64,000 bases of DNA from assembly GCA_963663225.1 (NCBI GenBank), contig OY760142.1, positions 32,001 through 96,000 on the forward strand, read 5' to 3'. The notes under the pieces are model-generated. The model was not told the DNA's origin and did not search any database. It saw nothing but the letters and a program-made list of their open reading frames with translations. Positions within the stretch are counted from its first letter, which is position 1. The number at the start of each line of letters is the position of its first letter. A program made the translations under genes and the position numbers. The DNA is from Nitrospirota bacterium (GTDB lineage Bacteria; Nitrospirota; UBA9217). Shown here in pieces: positions 41,905-51,615 of this stretch.

Positions 41905-42031
41905 TTTTCACCACCCCCCGCCGCAGAATTGCTGTACGCATTCATCTTGCTGATAATTCTATTATATCGTACTTGCATGGTGACTTGGGAAAATATCAGG
42001 GAGATCCGGCGTTGCATCATCAACAAACCAT

Positions 42032-42220
42032 TTACTCGCTCCAGCGTATTGCCGTAACAGGGCAGATATCAATTGCCTCCTGACAATTGCAGGTACCACA
42101 TTTTTCAGAATTTATCACATATGCCTTCTGATCGTCTCTCAGTTCAAACACTTCAGGACATGCATCGATGCACGCTCCGCAACCGATGCAGGCCTCCTGA
42201 TCCACAATTGGGATTTTCAT
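42032..42220 (-). CDS. ferredoxin
   Basis: CIGCGAC...CP and CP at C-terminus; GGAGG RBS before ATG 42220. Confidence 0.9.
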   Translation of the reverse strand: MKIPIVDQEACIGCGACIDACPEVFELRDDQKAYVINSEKCGTCNCQEAIDICPVTAIRWSE

Positions 42221-42253
42221 GAAATACCTCCGTTGCAAGCAATTTCAACAGCA

Positions 42254-42412
42254 TCATATTTTGACAAAAGCATCCTTGCCTGCTCCGCAAACCGGACAAA
42301 CCCAGGAATCAGGAATTTTTTCAAAAGGCGTGCCCGGCGCAATACCATTCTCGGGATCGCCAACGGCAGGGTCATAAATCCAATCACAAATGGTGCATTT
42401 CCATTTATCCAT
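42254..42412 (-). CDS. rubredoxin (52 aa; absent from the ORF track)
   Basis: Manual translation [52 protein letters not shown]; GGAGG RBS. Confidence 0.96.
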   Translation of the reverse strand: MDKWKCTICDWIYDPAVGDPENGIAPGTPFEKIPDSWVCPVCGAGKDAFVKI

Positions 42413-42924
42413 GCAAACCTCCTGAAAAAATATAAAAATTTGTTCATGCAGGGGTAGTTATTATGAGGGCTTAGATACTAGTATAGCATATGCATCCTCT
42501 CATCAAGGTCTAGCTTTTTGTCACTATTACCATCTGATGGATACCAGATGGAAGCATCCTTTGGCCTAAGGGCTGGGAAATTGCCTTAATGAAAATACAA
42601 GCAAAAGTACCACGAAATGGCCAATCGTGAGAAAAGGAAGTAACTCCTTGCCAATAAGTTAATTTGTATTATTCGGCAATATAACGAGCATTTAGAGGAT
42701 GTCTGAGTAACCGGACGTTTGTTTCAAAATAGCTATCCGATCTGCAACAAACAGCACTTATTCTGGCCGCCTTTGAAGAATACTTTACTATATATTTCAC
42801 TGTGACATATGGAACAAAGCCAGGCCCTCATTCTGTGATGTTCACCTACGATTCTGCACTGAGCAAATTGTCAACAGCATACAAGACTTCTAGTCAAATC
42901 ATGCATTTTTTATAAAACCTTGGG

Positions 42925-43149
42925 TTACTTTTTTTTGCTTCTTTCCTTAAAAAATACTTTTTCAAATAACATAGTAATGAATACTGCGATAGGAATGATC
43001 AATATAAGTTCAAAAATATTTTTTAATGAAAATATATCATTATTGCTAGAGACCGATATCTGATGTAACTTAACGATAATAACGAGTGCCAAGCAGAGAA
43101 CTACTCTAACAATTATTTTGGACTTATTTTTCTTCATAAAGTGGTTCAT
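42925..43149 (-). CDS. small AT-rich two-TM hypothetical protein
   Basis: 74-aa ORF, two hydrophobic segments flanked by Lys clusters. Confidence 0.5.
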   Translation of the reverse strand: MNHFMKKNKSKIIVRVVLCLALVIIVKLHQISVSSNNDIFSLKNIFELILIIPIAVFITMLFEKVFFKERSKKK

Positions 43150-43560
43150 TTAATTTAATCTGTCCTAAAGTTTGAGAGGTTTAAATAACCAGGAAGTTTT
43201 CAGTATGCGTATTATATATGATAATCTGCAGTTTCGAAAGAGTTCTTATTATTTGTCGCCCCCCTCCGTTTAGACAAGTTATGGTAGACTGTCGGACAGA
43301 ATCTTTAGCCCTTGGGGCAGAAAGAAACTTATCCTGAGCAAACTGGTCACAACATCCCCACAACGCGATTGGTAAATCACCGTCTATTGTTCTAAAATTG
43401 CAAACAGAGGAAGTATCTTTTTGGCCAATCATGCAGCTTACATCGCATATGTTAAATTATTTTAGCTAGATACAAGCATGAAATACAGTTTACTTAACGA
43501 AAAGGAAGCATCTTTTGGCCAAAATGGTCAAAAGATGGCAATAGTGACCCTTTTTGTTCA

Positions 43561-44745
43561 TCAATTCATCCGCTTTCTAAAACGAAGTGCGCTCAGAGCC
43601 ATAACCACGCATCCGATGAGGAGCAAAATCAACATCTGGGGCCAAAGAATATCAAGGCCCACCCCTTTCAAAAAAACACCCCGGATAATGACGAGGAAAT
43701 ATCGGAGAGGGTTGAGATACGTCACATACTGAAAGACATCCGGCATGCTCTCAATGGGGAACGCAAAACCCGAAAGCAATATGGCGGGCATGACGAAGAG
43801 CATCGAGGCCATCAACGCCTGCTGCTGAGTTTTCGATACTGTGGATATGAAAAGACCGGTGCCCAGTACCGAAAGAAGATAGATGACTGTGCCTGCTAAA
43901 AGAATCAGGAGAGATCCTTGAATGGGCACATCAAACCAGAATATCCCCATTATTGTTACAAGCAACATGTCGACAAGTCCGATTACGGCAAACGGGATCG
44001 TCTTGCCGAGCATGAGTTCGAAGGGCATGATAGGCGTTACCATGAGCTGTTCCATGGTTCCCACCTCGCGTTCACGCACCACTGCCATTGAGGTAAGCAT
44101 CAGCGCGATGATCAAGATAACGGTCGCGATAACTCCTGGGACGTAATAATTTCTGCTTTTCAGATCGGGATTGTACCATGCCGTGGCTCGCAAATCGATT
44201 GCCGCCCCTGAAACACCTATAGCCGGCTTCATCGAATCAAGCGCAAATTCTCCGATGATTCTGTTCGCATAGCCCTGCGCAATAAGGGCCGTATTGGAAT
44301 ACGTCCCGTCGACAATCACCTGGACCTCGGTCGGGACTCCTTTTTTCAGGTCCTTTCCAAAACCCCGGTTAATCTGTACCGCACACAGTACTTTTCCCCG
44401 GTCGAGCAGATCCTTGATCTCCTCGATTGATGCCGGTGTATGCTTTGTCGTGAAGTAACCGGAAGCTTCGAATCTCCGCATCAATTCCCGGCTCTCATAC
44501 GATTTGTCGAGATCCAGGAACGCCGTGGAGATACTGTTGACGTCCATGGTAACAGCATAACCGAACAGGATAATCTGAATGAGCGGAGGCGCAAAAAGAA
44601 AAAATCTCAGCTTTTTATCCCGAAATACATGGATAAATTCCTTGATGACAATTTGTTTTATCCGTTCAATTCTTCTTTGCCAGGGACCCAATGAAAACTC
44701 CTGTCGGACCGGGCGCAGGTCCGTCGCGCACATGCGCACCTTCAC
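43561..44745 (-). CDS. ABC-2 permease (YbhR-like)
   Basis: KEF..RD, FGYAV, WYNP, VREREVGTMEQL. Confidence 0.9.
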   Translation of the reverse strand: MKVRMCATDLRPVRQEFSLGPWQRRIERIKQIVIKEFIHVFRDKKLRFFLFAPPLIQIILFGYAVTMDVNSISTAFLDLDKSYESRELMRRFEASGYFTTKHTPASIEEIKDLLDRGKVLCAVQINRGFGKDLKKGVPTEVQVIVDGTYSNTALIAQGYANRIIGEFALDSMKPAIGVSGAAIDLRATAWYNPDLKSRNYYVPGVIATVILIIALMLTSMAVVREREVGTMEQLMVTPIMPFELMLGKTIPFAVIGLVDMLLVTIMGIFWFDVPIQGSLLILLAGTVIYLLSVLGTGLFISTVSKTQQQALMASMLFVMPAILLSGFAFPIESMPDVFQYVTYLNPLRYFLVIIRGVFLKGVGLDILWPQMLILLLIGCVVMALSALRFRKRMN

Positions 44746-45851
44746 ACGACCTTTTTCCTGAATTTCTTGTTCACCAGCCCAAATATGATAATCCCGTACA
44801 AAACCAGCAGCAGTACTTCGCCGGCAAGGATCTGCAGGGAGCTTCCCTTCAAAAAAAGGTCATTCAATATAGTGACAAAGTAGCGTGCAGGAAAAAGATA
44901 GGTGACGAATTGCAGGGGTTTGGGCATATTCGCAATGGCGAACATAAATCCGGAAAGCAGGAACGCCGGTAAAAACGTGCTTAGAAGTGACATCTGGCTC
45001 GCCACAACCTGGGTCTTGGCAACAATAGAGATGAGAATGCCCCAGCAAAGCGCCCCGAAGAGGAAAATACACGAGAGGGCAAAAAGGAGAAAAAGACTTC
45101 CCCGAAGCGGTACGTCGAATATAACAGTGGCCATAAAAACAGACCCAACCGTGTCTATAAAGCCGATAATAAAATAAGGGATGAGCTTCCCGATGATAAG
45201 TTCCGGAGTCTTGATCGGTGTGGATATTAGCTGTTCCATCGTACCGCGGTCCCACTCTTTCGCAATGGTGAGCGACGTAAGCAGGGCGGCAATAACGGAC
45301 ATGATCAACGCAATCAATCCAGGTATGATAAAATTCTTCGATTTGAGTTCCGAATTGTACCAAACCCGGGTACGGGCATCGATAAGAGGTTTTACACGTA
45401 CTCCTCTCAGCCTCTGGGTATATTGTTCCGCTATTGCCGTAACATATCCCTGGGCAATGGTCGCCGTGTTCGAATCGCTTCCATCCATAATTACGCCGAC
45501 TTGCGAGGACCGTCCTGCATGAAGATCCTTTGAAAAATCCTGCGGGATAATGATGGCGAGCTTGGCCCTGCCGGAGTCGAGATACCGGTCTATCTCCCGA
45601 TAGCTCTCAATATGAGCGACAATGGTGAAGTATCCGGATTCCCTGAGCTCCGCCGCATACTCGCGGCTCATGCTGCTGGAATCTAGGTCGTACACCACCG
45701 CCGGGATATCATTGATGTCGATGGTAACAGCGTATCCGAAGATGATCAAAAGTATGACCGGCATCAGAAACGCCATGGCGAGGCTGTAGGGATCCCGCCA
45801 TATCTGGACAAGTTCTTTTTTGGCTATGGCTTTGATGCGGAGTAGTTTCAT
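44742..45851 (-). CDS. ABC-2 permease (YbhS-like)
   Basis: KE..Q..RD, FGYAV, WYN, KEWDRGTMEQL. Confidence 0.9.
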   Translation of the reverse strand: MKLLRIKAIAKKELVQIWRDPYSLAMAFLMPVILLIIFGYAVTIDINDIPAVVYDLDSSSMSREYAAELRESGYFTIVAHIESYREIDRYLDSGRAKLAIIIPQDFSKDLHAGRSSQVGVIMDGSDSNTATIAQGYVTAIAEQYTQRLRGVRVKPLIDARTRVWYNSELKSKNFIIPGLIALIMSVIAALLTSLTIAKEWDRGTMEQLISTPIKTPELIIGKLIPYFIIGFIDTVGSVFMATVIFDVPLRGSLFLLFALSCIFLFGALCWGILISIVAKTQVVASQMSLLSTFLPAFLLSGFMFAIANMPKPLQFVTYLFPARYFVTILNDLFLKGSSLQILAGEVLLLVLYGIIIFGLVNKKFRKKVV

Positions 45852-45880
45852 ATGCCTTGCTCAATAGGTCGTCTGCCGGA

Positions 45881-46810
45881 TCAGGAAACCTCAATCAACG
45901 TAACAAATACATCCTCAAGCGAGGGCGCTATTTTCGCGACTCTGCCGGGTGCGATTCCCGATCTTGCGAGTATTTCGTGTATGACCGGCAGAGAAGCTTC
46001 GGCATCCTTCACGGTAGCATGCAGGGTGCTGCCGAAAATAGCGGCTTCCATGCCATGTTTGTTGAGCACGTCAAGTGCTTCAACCGTTTTCTCGGTCGTT
46101 ATTTCGAGCACGTCCCTGGTCATATATTTCACTCTCAACTCGTTCGGCGTGCCTTCCGCAATGATCTTCCCGCGATAGATCAGGGCGAGACGGTCGCAAT
46201 AATCGGCTTCGTCCATATAGTGCGTCGTTACAAACACCGTCGTTCCGGCGCCGGACATTTCATAAATCAGGTTCCAGAAATTCCTTCGTGAAACCGGGTC
46301 GACACCCGACGTCGGCTCGTCCAGAAACAATATCTTCGGCTCGTGAAGAACAGCGCACCCAAGAGCAAGCCGTTGTTTGAAGCCACCGGGAAGCGTTTTG
46401 GTAATAGCGTTTTTTCTGTCGGATATCCCGGCCATGTTCAGAACCCACTGCATGCGGGCCGCTCGCCTTTCCTCCGGAACATTGTAAACGCCGCTGAAAA
46501 AAGCGATGTTTTCGGCCACCGTAATATCATCATAGAGGGAAAATTTCTGCGACATGTATCCGATGTTCTGCTTTATCATTTCGGATTGAGTAATGATATC
46601 GTATCCGCCTACAGTTCCCACCCCTCCCGTGGGCAAAAGAAGCCCGCAGAGCATGCGGATGGTGGTCGACTTTCCCGCTCCATTCGGGCCGAGGAACCCG
46701 AATATCTCACCTTTTTTTACCTCAAGATTGATATTGTCCACAGCGGTAAAGCGTCCGAACGTCCGTGTAAGTCCCTGCACGGTGACGGCTATGTTTTCCC
46801 GGTTCTCCAT
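45881..46810 (-). CDS. ABC transporter ATPase (YbhF C-half-like)
   Basis: GPNGAGKST, GYMSQKFSLY, LDEPTSGVDP. Confidence 0.92.
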   Translation of the reverse strand: MENRENIAVTVQGLTRTFGRFTAVDNINLEVKKGEIFGFLGPNGAGKSTTIRMLCGLLLPTGGVGTVGGYDIITQSEMIKQNIGYMSQKFSLYDDITVAENIAFFSGVYNVPEERRAARMQWVLNMAGISDRKNAITKTLPGGFKQRLALGCAVLHEPKILFLDEPTSGVDPVSRRNFWNLIYEMSGAGTTVFVTTHYMDEADYCDRLALIYRGKIIAEGTPNELRVKYMTRDVLEITTEKTVEALDVLNKHGMEAAIFGSTLHATVKDAEASLPVIHEILARSGIAPGRVAKIAPSLEDVFVTLIEVS

Positions 46811-46863
46811 TTTTCAATTTATGAGCAAAAACGCATAACTGCACGATGCATGCATCGAAACTG

Positions 46864-47781
46864 TCATCGTTCAACCATCGAAATAAATACATCTTCCAGA
46901 GAAGGCGTAATGTCCCGGCTGTCCTTTATCGCAACTCCCGCATCATGAAGTCTTCGAAGCACAGCAGGAGCGGCTTCCCGATTATCCAGGGTCAAATGCA
47001 ATTTGTCGCCGTAAATGCTGACACGTTTGATGCCAACGACACTCATGGCTTTTTTCTGGGCAGTTCGGGCGTTCTCCGTCCACAATTCGATCATCGGCAA
47101 ACCGAGCGACAGCTTCACGTTCACCGGTGCATTTTCAATCAATATTTTCCCTTTATGCAAAAGCCCGATCCTGGTGCACCGTTCCGCTTCGTCGAGATAG
47201 GCGGTGGAAACAAATATGGTGACACCTTCCTTCAGAAGACTATAGAGAATCTTCCAAAAATCCCTGCGGGATACGGGATCGACACCATTCGTAGGTTCGT
47301 CAAGAAACAGCACCTCCGGCGTGTGAACAAGAGAACAGGCAAGCCCCAGTTTCTGCTTCATGCCTCCCGAAAGCGCACCCGCAAGCCGGTCCTTGAATGG
47401 GGTCAGATTGCTGAAACCCAGCAGCCGTTCAATCCGGGGAGGACGGTCCCGCTTCGGGACTTCGTACAGATCGGCATAAAATTGTATATTTTCCATTACC
47501 GTCAGGTCTTCGTACAATCCGAATCGCTGCGACATGTACCCGATCTTTTCTTTGACGATCTCTTCTTCGGTAAGGATTGAGTGTCCTGCAATCCAGGCCT
47601 CTCCTCCGGTAGGATCCATAATCGCCGAAAGAAGACGCATGATCGTGGTTTTTCCCGCTCCGTCTGGCCCCACGAGGCCGTAGAGTTCTCCCTTCTTGAT
47701 CTCGAGGTTAAGATCGTTTACCGCAATGGTATCGCCGAAGGACTTGGTAAGGTTGGTCGTCTTGATGCTAATCACATTCAT
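46864..47781 (-). CDS. ABC transporter ATPase (YbhF N-half-like)
   Basis: GPDGAGKTT, LSGGMKQKL, LDEPTNGVDP. Confidence 0.92.
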   Translation of the reverse strand: MNVISIKTTNLTKSFGDTIAVNDLNLEIKKGELYGLVGPDGAGKTTIMRLLSAIMDPTGGEAWIAGHSILTEEEIVKEKIGYMSQRFGLYEDLTVMENIQFYADLYEVPKRDRPPRIERLLGFSNLTPFKDRLAGALSGGMKQKLGLACSLVHTPEVLFLDEPTNGVDPVSRRDFWKILYSLLKEGVTIFVSTAYLDEAERCTRIGLLHKGKILIENAPVNVKLSLGLPMIELWTENARTAQKKAMSVVGIKRVSIYGDKLHLTLDNREAAPAVLRRLHDAGVAIKDSRDITPSLEDVFISMVER

Positions 47782-47796
47782 AACTGGAGCTCTGTT

Positions 47797-48663
47797 TTAT
47801 TGAAGGATAATTTTAACGTCTGCGGGCATTCCGGGCTTGAGTTCATTATTCTCATTTTTGACTTTCACTTTGACCCCGAACACGAGCTTCACCCGCTCTT
47901 CCTGTGTCTGGACGTTTTTGGGGGTGAATTCCGCTTCCGAGGAAATATACGACACGGTCCCTTCATATGTTTTTTGGGGATGGGAATCCGTCCGCACCTC
48001 CGCTTTTTGTCCCAGTTTTACAAAACCGAGTTTGCTTTCCTTTACATAAACTTTTATCCATGGATTTTCAAGATCACCGATCGTAAAGACAGGCGTTCCG
48101 GCCCCCACGGTTTCCCCTTCTTCCACGTTCTTGATAAGCACAACACCCGAAACCGGCGCCTGGAGGAGGGTGTCCTGCAATCTCACTTCGGAGGTCTTGA
48201 GCGTTGCGCCTGAGAATCTGAGTTGCGAGTTTGCCGCGTCGTATGCTGTTTTTGCAGCATCCATTTGCTGGGATGTTATTACGCCCTGACGATGGAGAGG
48301 ACCATACCGCTCGAAATCCTTCTTCGCTTTTTCCAACTGTGCTTCTGCATTGCTCACAGCGGCCCGGTTCTGTATCACGAAGCTTTCTTGTTCGGCACTG
48401 TCAAGAACGGCAATTCTTTCCCCCTTGGAAACAACTCTTCCTTCGTCTGTGTAAAGGTTCTGCACCCGTCCGGGTATTTTAAATCCGACCCGAACCTCGG
48501 TCACCTCCACGTTGCCTGACAGTTCCAGTATGTTCGTATTCTGACTCCTGCTGATCTGCCTGAACGCAACAACTGTCCCTATCAGTCCTAGTATGACGAT
48601 GAGACCGACGATTATGAAGGCCTTCTTTTTCTTCCGCGCGTTGCCGCTCTGTTCTTCAACCAT
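47797..48663 (-). CDS. HlyD-family periplasmic adaptor (YbhG-like)
   Basis: N-terminal TM, lipoyl halves, AEFTPKNVQT..ER, LKPGMP. Confidence 0.9.
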   Translation of the reverse strand: MVEEQSGNARKKKKAFIIVGLIVILGLIGTVVAFRQISRSQNTNILELSGNVEVTEVRVGFKIPGRVQNLYTDEGRVVSKGERIAVLDSAEQESFVIQNRAAVSNAEAQLEKAKKDFERYGPLHRQGVITSQQMDAAKTAYDAANSQLRFSGATLKTSEVRLQDTLLQAPVSGVVLIKNVEEGETVGAGTPVFTIGDLENPWIKVYVKESKLGFVKLGQKAEVRTDSHPQKTYEGTVSYISSEAEFTPKNVQTQEERVKLVFGVKVKVKNENNELKPGMPADVKIILQ

Positions 48664-48687
48664 ATGCTCTCCCGCTCCCCTCCCGGG

Positions 48688-49992
48688 TTATTTTCCACTC
48701 CCCTGAACCCCATACACGCCCTGAAGATCTTTCCCCATGGAGTACAACAGCCCCGCCTCTGCCCGCTCCGCGTCATACCGCGCCCGCCACCAGTTCGTCT
48801 GGGCCGTGGACATGAGCGTGACCGCATCCAATACTTCAATGGCTGTTCCGACTCCCTCCTGGTACCGCAGCCGCTGCAGCCGGAGGTTCTCCTCTGCCTG
48901 TGCCACCGATGTCTTCATGACCTCGATCCGCTGCTCCGAACTCCGCAGATCCTGATGCGCGTTCTTTACATCCAGCCGGACCGCGTCAATGATCTTCTCT
49001 CTCGTGATCCGGAGCGAATGGAGTTCCGCTTTGCCCGCGGCCACCCTGGCACGGGTCCCTCCGCCGGACGACAGGTTGATGCTGATCCCGGCAAGCAAAG
49101 ACCAGTTGTCCTGGTGCACGACGTATTGGTTCTCCTGGTACTGGTATCCTCCCTGCAGGAAGAGGTTCGGCAGATATTCCGACCGGATGGACTTGATGCT
49201 TTCCTCCTGGCCTGAAATCCCGGCGTCTATTACCCCGATTTCCGGACTCTCCGCCTCTGCCGTTGCCCAGGCCTGTTCGAGCGTTATGGCCGGTATCGGG
49301 CTTTTGGCGACCTCCTCCGGCTGTACCGGGTCATTTAACGGCCGGAGCAGCTGGCTGTTCACCCGGGACGCCCGGAAGGACCGGAGGTTCTCTGCTAAAA
49401 GCAGCCGCTGGCGGGAATCCGCCAGCTTCACATCCGCTTCCAGCACTTCGTTCCGGGTGACCACGCCCGCGCTATACCGCGCGTCGGCGTCTTTTTTGTG
49501 GCCTTCGTACCGCTGGACGTCTTCCCCGGCCACCTGGAGCAGCTTGTCCGCTTCCAAAAGGTCATAATATGCAATGATAAAATCCAGGGCTGACCGGTTT
49601 GCGGCCCGCCGGGTCTCGATCTCTTTTGCTTTGAGTGCGTATTTTGCCGCGTCTATGGAAGAATAGGTCTTGCCGAAATCGTACAGTATCTGGGTGGCGC
49701 TCAGACCGTAGGCGTAATACCGGTCATTGGATGTGGGCATGGTACCGAAGGGGGTTTTGGCCGCGGGCTGGTTTGCGAGCCACGTCTGGTTTGCGTAGAC
49801 GTCAATCCTGGGAAACAGGCCGGAGCGCGCCGCCCATACGCTGCTCTGGGCCGACTCCTCGCGGGTCCGAGCTATCCGGATGTCCCGCCCCGTCTCTCTC
49901 ACAATCCGAAGACCCTCTCCCAAATTCAATGCCTCCGCTCCCAAGGGAAACAGAAAAACACAGAACATAAAAAGAAAAAGCAGGTGTCTCAT
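48688..49992 (-). CDS. TolC-family outer membrane efflux protein
   Basis: Signal peptide from ATG 49992 (ATGA overlap with tetR stop); two OEP repeats (RY.AG / RYQEG). Confidence 0.9.
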   Translation of the reverse strand: MRHLLFLFMFCVFLFPLGAEALNLGEGLRIVRETGRDIRIARTREESAQSSVWAARSGLFPRIDVYANQTWLANQPAAKTPFGTMPTSNDRYYAYGLSATQILYDFGKTYSSIDAAKYALKAKEIETRRAANRSALDFIIAYYDLLEADKLLQVAGEDVQRYEGHKKDADARYSAGVVTRNEVLEADVKLADSRQRLLLAENLRSFRASRVNSQLLRPLNDPVQPEEVAKSPIPAITLEQAWATAEAESPEIGVIDAGISGQEESIKSIRSEYLPNLFLQGGYQYQENQYVVHQDNWSLLAGISINLSSGGGTRARVAAGKAELHSLRITREKIIDAVRLDVKNAHQDLRSSEQRIEVMKTSVAQAEENLRLQRLRYQEGVGTAIEVLDAVTLMSTAQTNWWRARYDAERAEAGLLYSMGKDLQGVYGVQGSGK

Positions 49993-50615
49993 GCTTTTGC
50001 ACCGCTTTTTCCGGCAAGAATGCATTTTTCGAAATTTTTCCAAAGCTTCATTCCCTCTCTTCTTAGAGAAAATGAAAAACCACTCAACGACCACCTGAAT
50101 GCCAGCCCCTGCACCATTGCGATAAACATCAAAGCAACCGTCTGAGGAACAAGATCGGCCCGTATGTCTTTTTGTTGTTGTCCTTCTTTCAAGATTGAGG
50201 CGAGCCGTGCTGAAAAAGCGTACATTGTCTGGATCACCTTTTTTCTTAATTCCTTATTTACGTGAAGTTCTTCGGAAAACAAAAAGCGCGGAAGTCCCCG
50301 GTTGTTTTCCATAAGATCAAGTTGAAGAGAAAAAAATCGTCTCAAAATTTTGATGGGAGAGGAAGCGGCCTGGGAAGCGGCCTCAACATTTTCCCGGATT
50401 CTGCCCCGAACGTATTCAAAACAGGCGACATAAATCTCGTCCTTGCTCCTTACATGACGGTACAGGTTTGCCTCGGACATGCCGACTTCCCTGGCTATTG
50501 CCGCCGTCGTCAGGCTGCTTATGCCCTGCGCGCCGATGATTTTCAGGACTGCCTGCACGATTTGCTCCCGACGAACATCTCCGCGTATTTTTTTTGATTT
50601 TGAAGAAATCTGCAC
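49989..50615 (-). CDS. TetR/AcrR family transcriptional regulator
   Basis: RREQIV..IAREVGMSEANLYRH..SKDEI HTH. Confidence 0.92.
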   Translation of the reverse strand: MQISSKSKKIRGDVRREQIVQAVLKIIGAQGISSLTTAAIAREVGMSEANLYRHVRSKDEIYVACFEYVRGRIRENVEAASQAASSPIKILRRFFSLQLDLMENNRGLPRFLFSEELHVNKELRKKVIQTMYAFSARLASILKEGQQQKDIRADLVPQTVALMFIAMVQGLAFRWSLSGFSFSLRREGMKLWKNFEKCILAGKSGAKA

Positions 50616-50625
50616 GGTTCACCTC

Positions 50626-50679
50626 ATGTAAGTAAATGTTCACTTACATTAAGTATAAATCGTTTCGTCTTTTTGTCAA
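50626..50679 (-). promoter_or_regulatory. tetR promoter with palindromic operator
   Basis: TTGACA (50679-50674)-16bp-TATACT (50657-50652); ATGTAAGT-N8-ACTTACAT palindrome at 50626-50649. Confidence 0.8.
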
Positions 50680-50883
50680 GTCGATTTTTCAGTGCGAATT
50701 ATTTTTTTCTGCTGTCAAACACGTTGTCAACCGGCTAAAACAAGGCAGGGTTCTGAAGCAGCTTTTTGACTGAGTGGAGCCATTTCCGGCGGGAGCCGGA
50801 GGCTCCCTCGATAAACGTGAGCGCAGGGCACGGTTTACTGCATTCCTCCCCCGATTAAAACGGGAGATTCTCTGTCGCAGGGA

Positions 50884-50911
50884 TTGACAGCGGGAAAGAA
50901 GCCGTTATAAT
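50884..50911 (+). promoter_or_regulatory. consensus sigma70 promoter of thermonuclease gene
   Basis: TTGACA-16bp-TATAAT. Confidence 0.75.
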
Positions 50912-50981
50912 AACGTATTCCAAGAGGTGCAGCTTCTTCAAACGAAAATTCATCAATGCATTTCTGCAGACGGAGTCTAAA

Positions 50982-51533
50982 ATGTTCCTGCGTTCTTTCA
51001 GCAAAAACAAATACTCAATGGTAGTTATTTTTTTCAGCTTTTTTTTGATACTGCCGTATGTCGGCAATGAGCAGTCACTTGCAAACCCTTCGCTCCAGGA
51101 GGCACGGGTAACGAATGTCAATGACGGAGATACCGTAACGCTCTCAATAAACGGACGGATTCACCGCACGCGCCTTATCGGAATTGACGCCCCTGAGATG
51201 GGTCAGAAGCCCTGGGGCGAAAGGTCGAAAGAACACCTTATCGGCATTATGAAGCAAAACGGCTGGATGGTTTACGTCGAAACCGATATCGTAAAAACCG
51301 ACAAGTATAACCGGCTCCTCGCCTATCTCTGGACAAAGGAAAACGAACTTATCAACGAGCGCATGCTGCGGGATGGTTATGCGGTACTGTTCACCATACA
51401 ACCGAACAGCAAACATGTGCAGCGTTTTAAAAAAGTACAGCGCATTGCCCGCCAGGAAAAAAAAGGCATCTGGGGACCCGACGGCCTCAGGGAAAAACCA
51501 TTGGATTATAAAAAACGACATCCACGAGAATAA
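50982..51533 (+). CDS. exported thermonuclease (SNase family)
   Basis: DGDT, RLIGIDAPE, DKYNRLLAY, GYA, GIW; N-terminal hydrophobic segment. Confidence 0.93.
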   Translation: MFLRSFSKNKYSMVVIFFSFFLILPYVGNEQSLANPSLQEARVTNVNDGDTVTLSINGRIHRTRLIGIDAPEMGQKPWGERSKEHLIGIMKQNGWMVYVETDIVKTDKYNRLLAYLWTKENELINERMLRDGYAVLFTIQPNSKHVQRFKKVQRIARQEKKGIWGPDGLREKPLDYKKRHPRE

Positions 51534-51568
51534 ACCGGCCCCTTCAGAACACATACGTACGAACTAAC

Positions 51569-51596
51569 GACCGGAATCACCGTTTTGATTCCGGTC
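51569..51596. terminator. hairpin between convergent genes
   Basis: GACCGGAATCA...TGATTCCGGTC 11-bp stem. Confidence 0.6.
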
Positions 51597-51615
51597 CGGG
51601 TAATACTCCCCCAGT

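Noticed and set aside
42217-42457. ORF-track ORFs 42217-42447 (-) and 42233-42457 (+)
   Set aside because: Shadows of the real rubredoxin gene in another frame
50730-50870. Possible tRNA or riboswitch (GGGAGCC-GGA-GGCTCCC hairpin)
   Set aside because: No cloverleaf, T-loop or riboswitch consensus recognisable; an Infernal/Rfam scan would be needed
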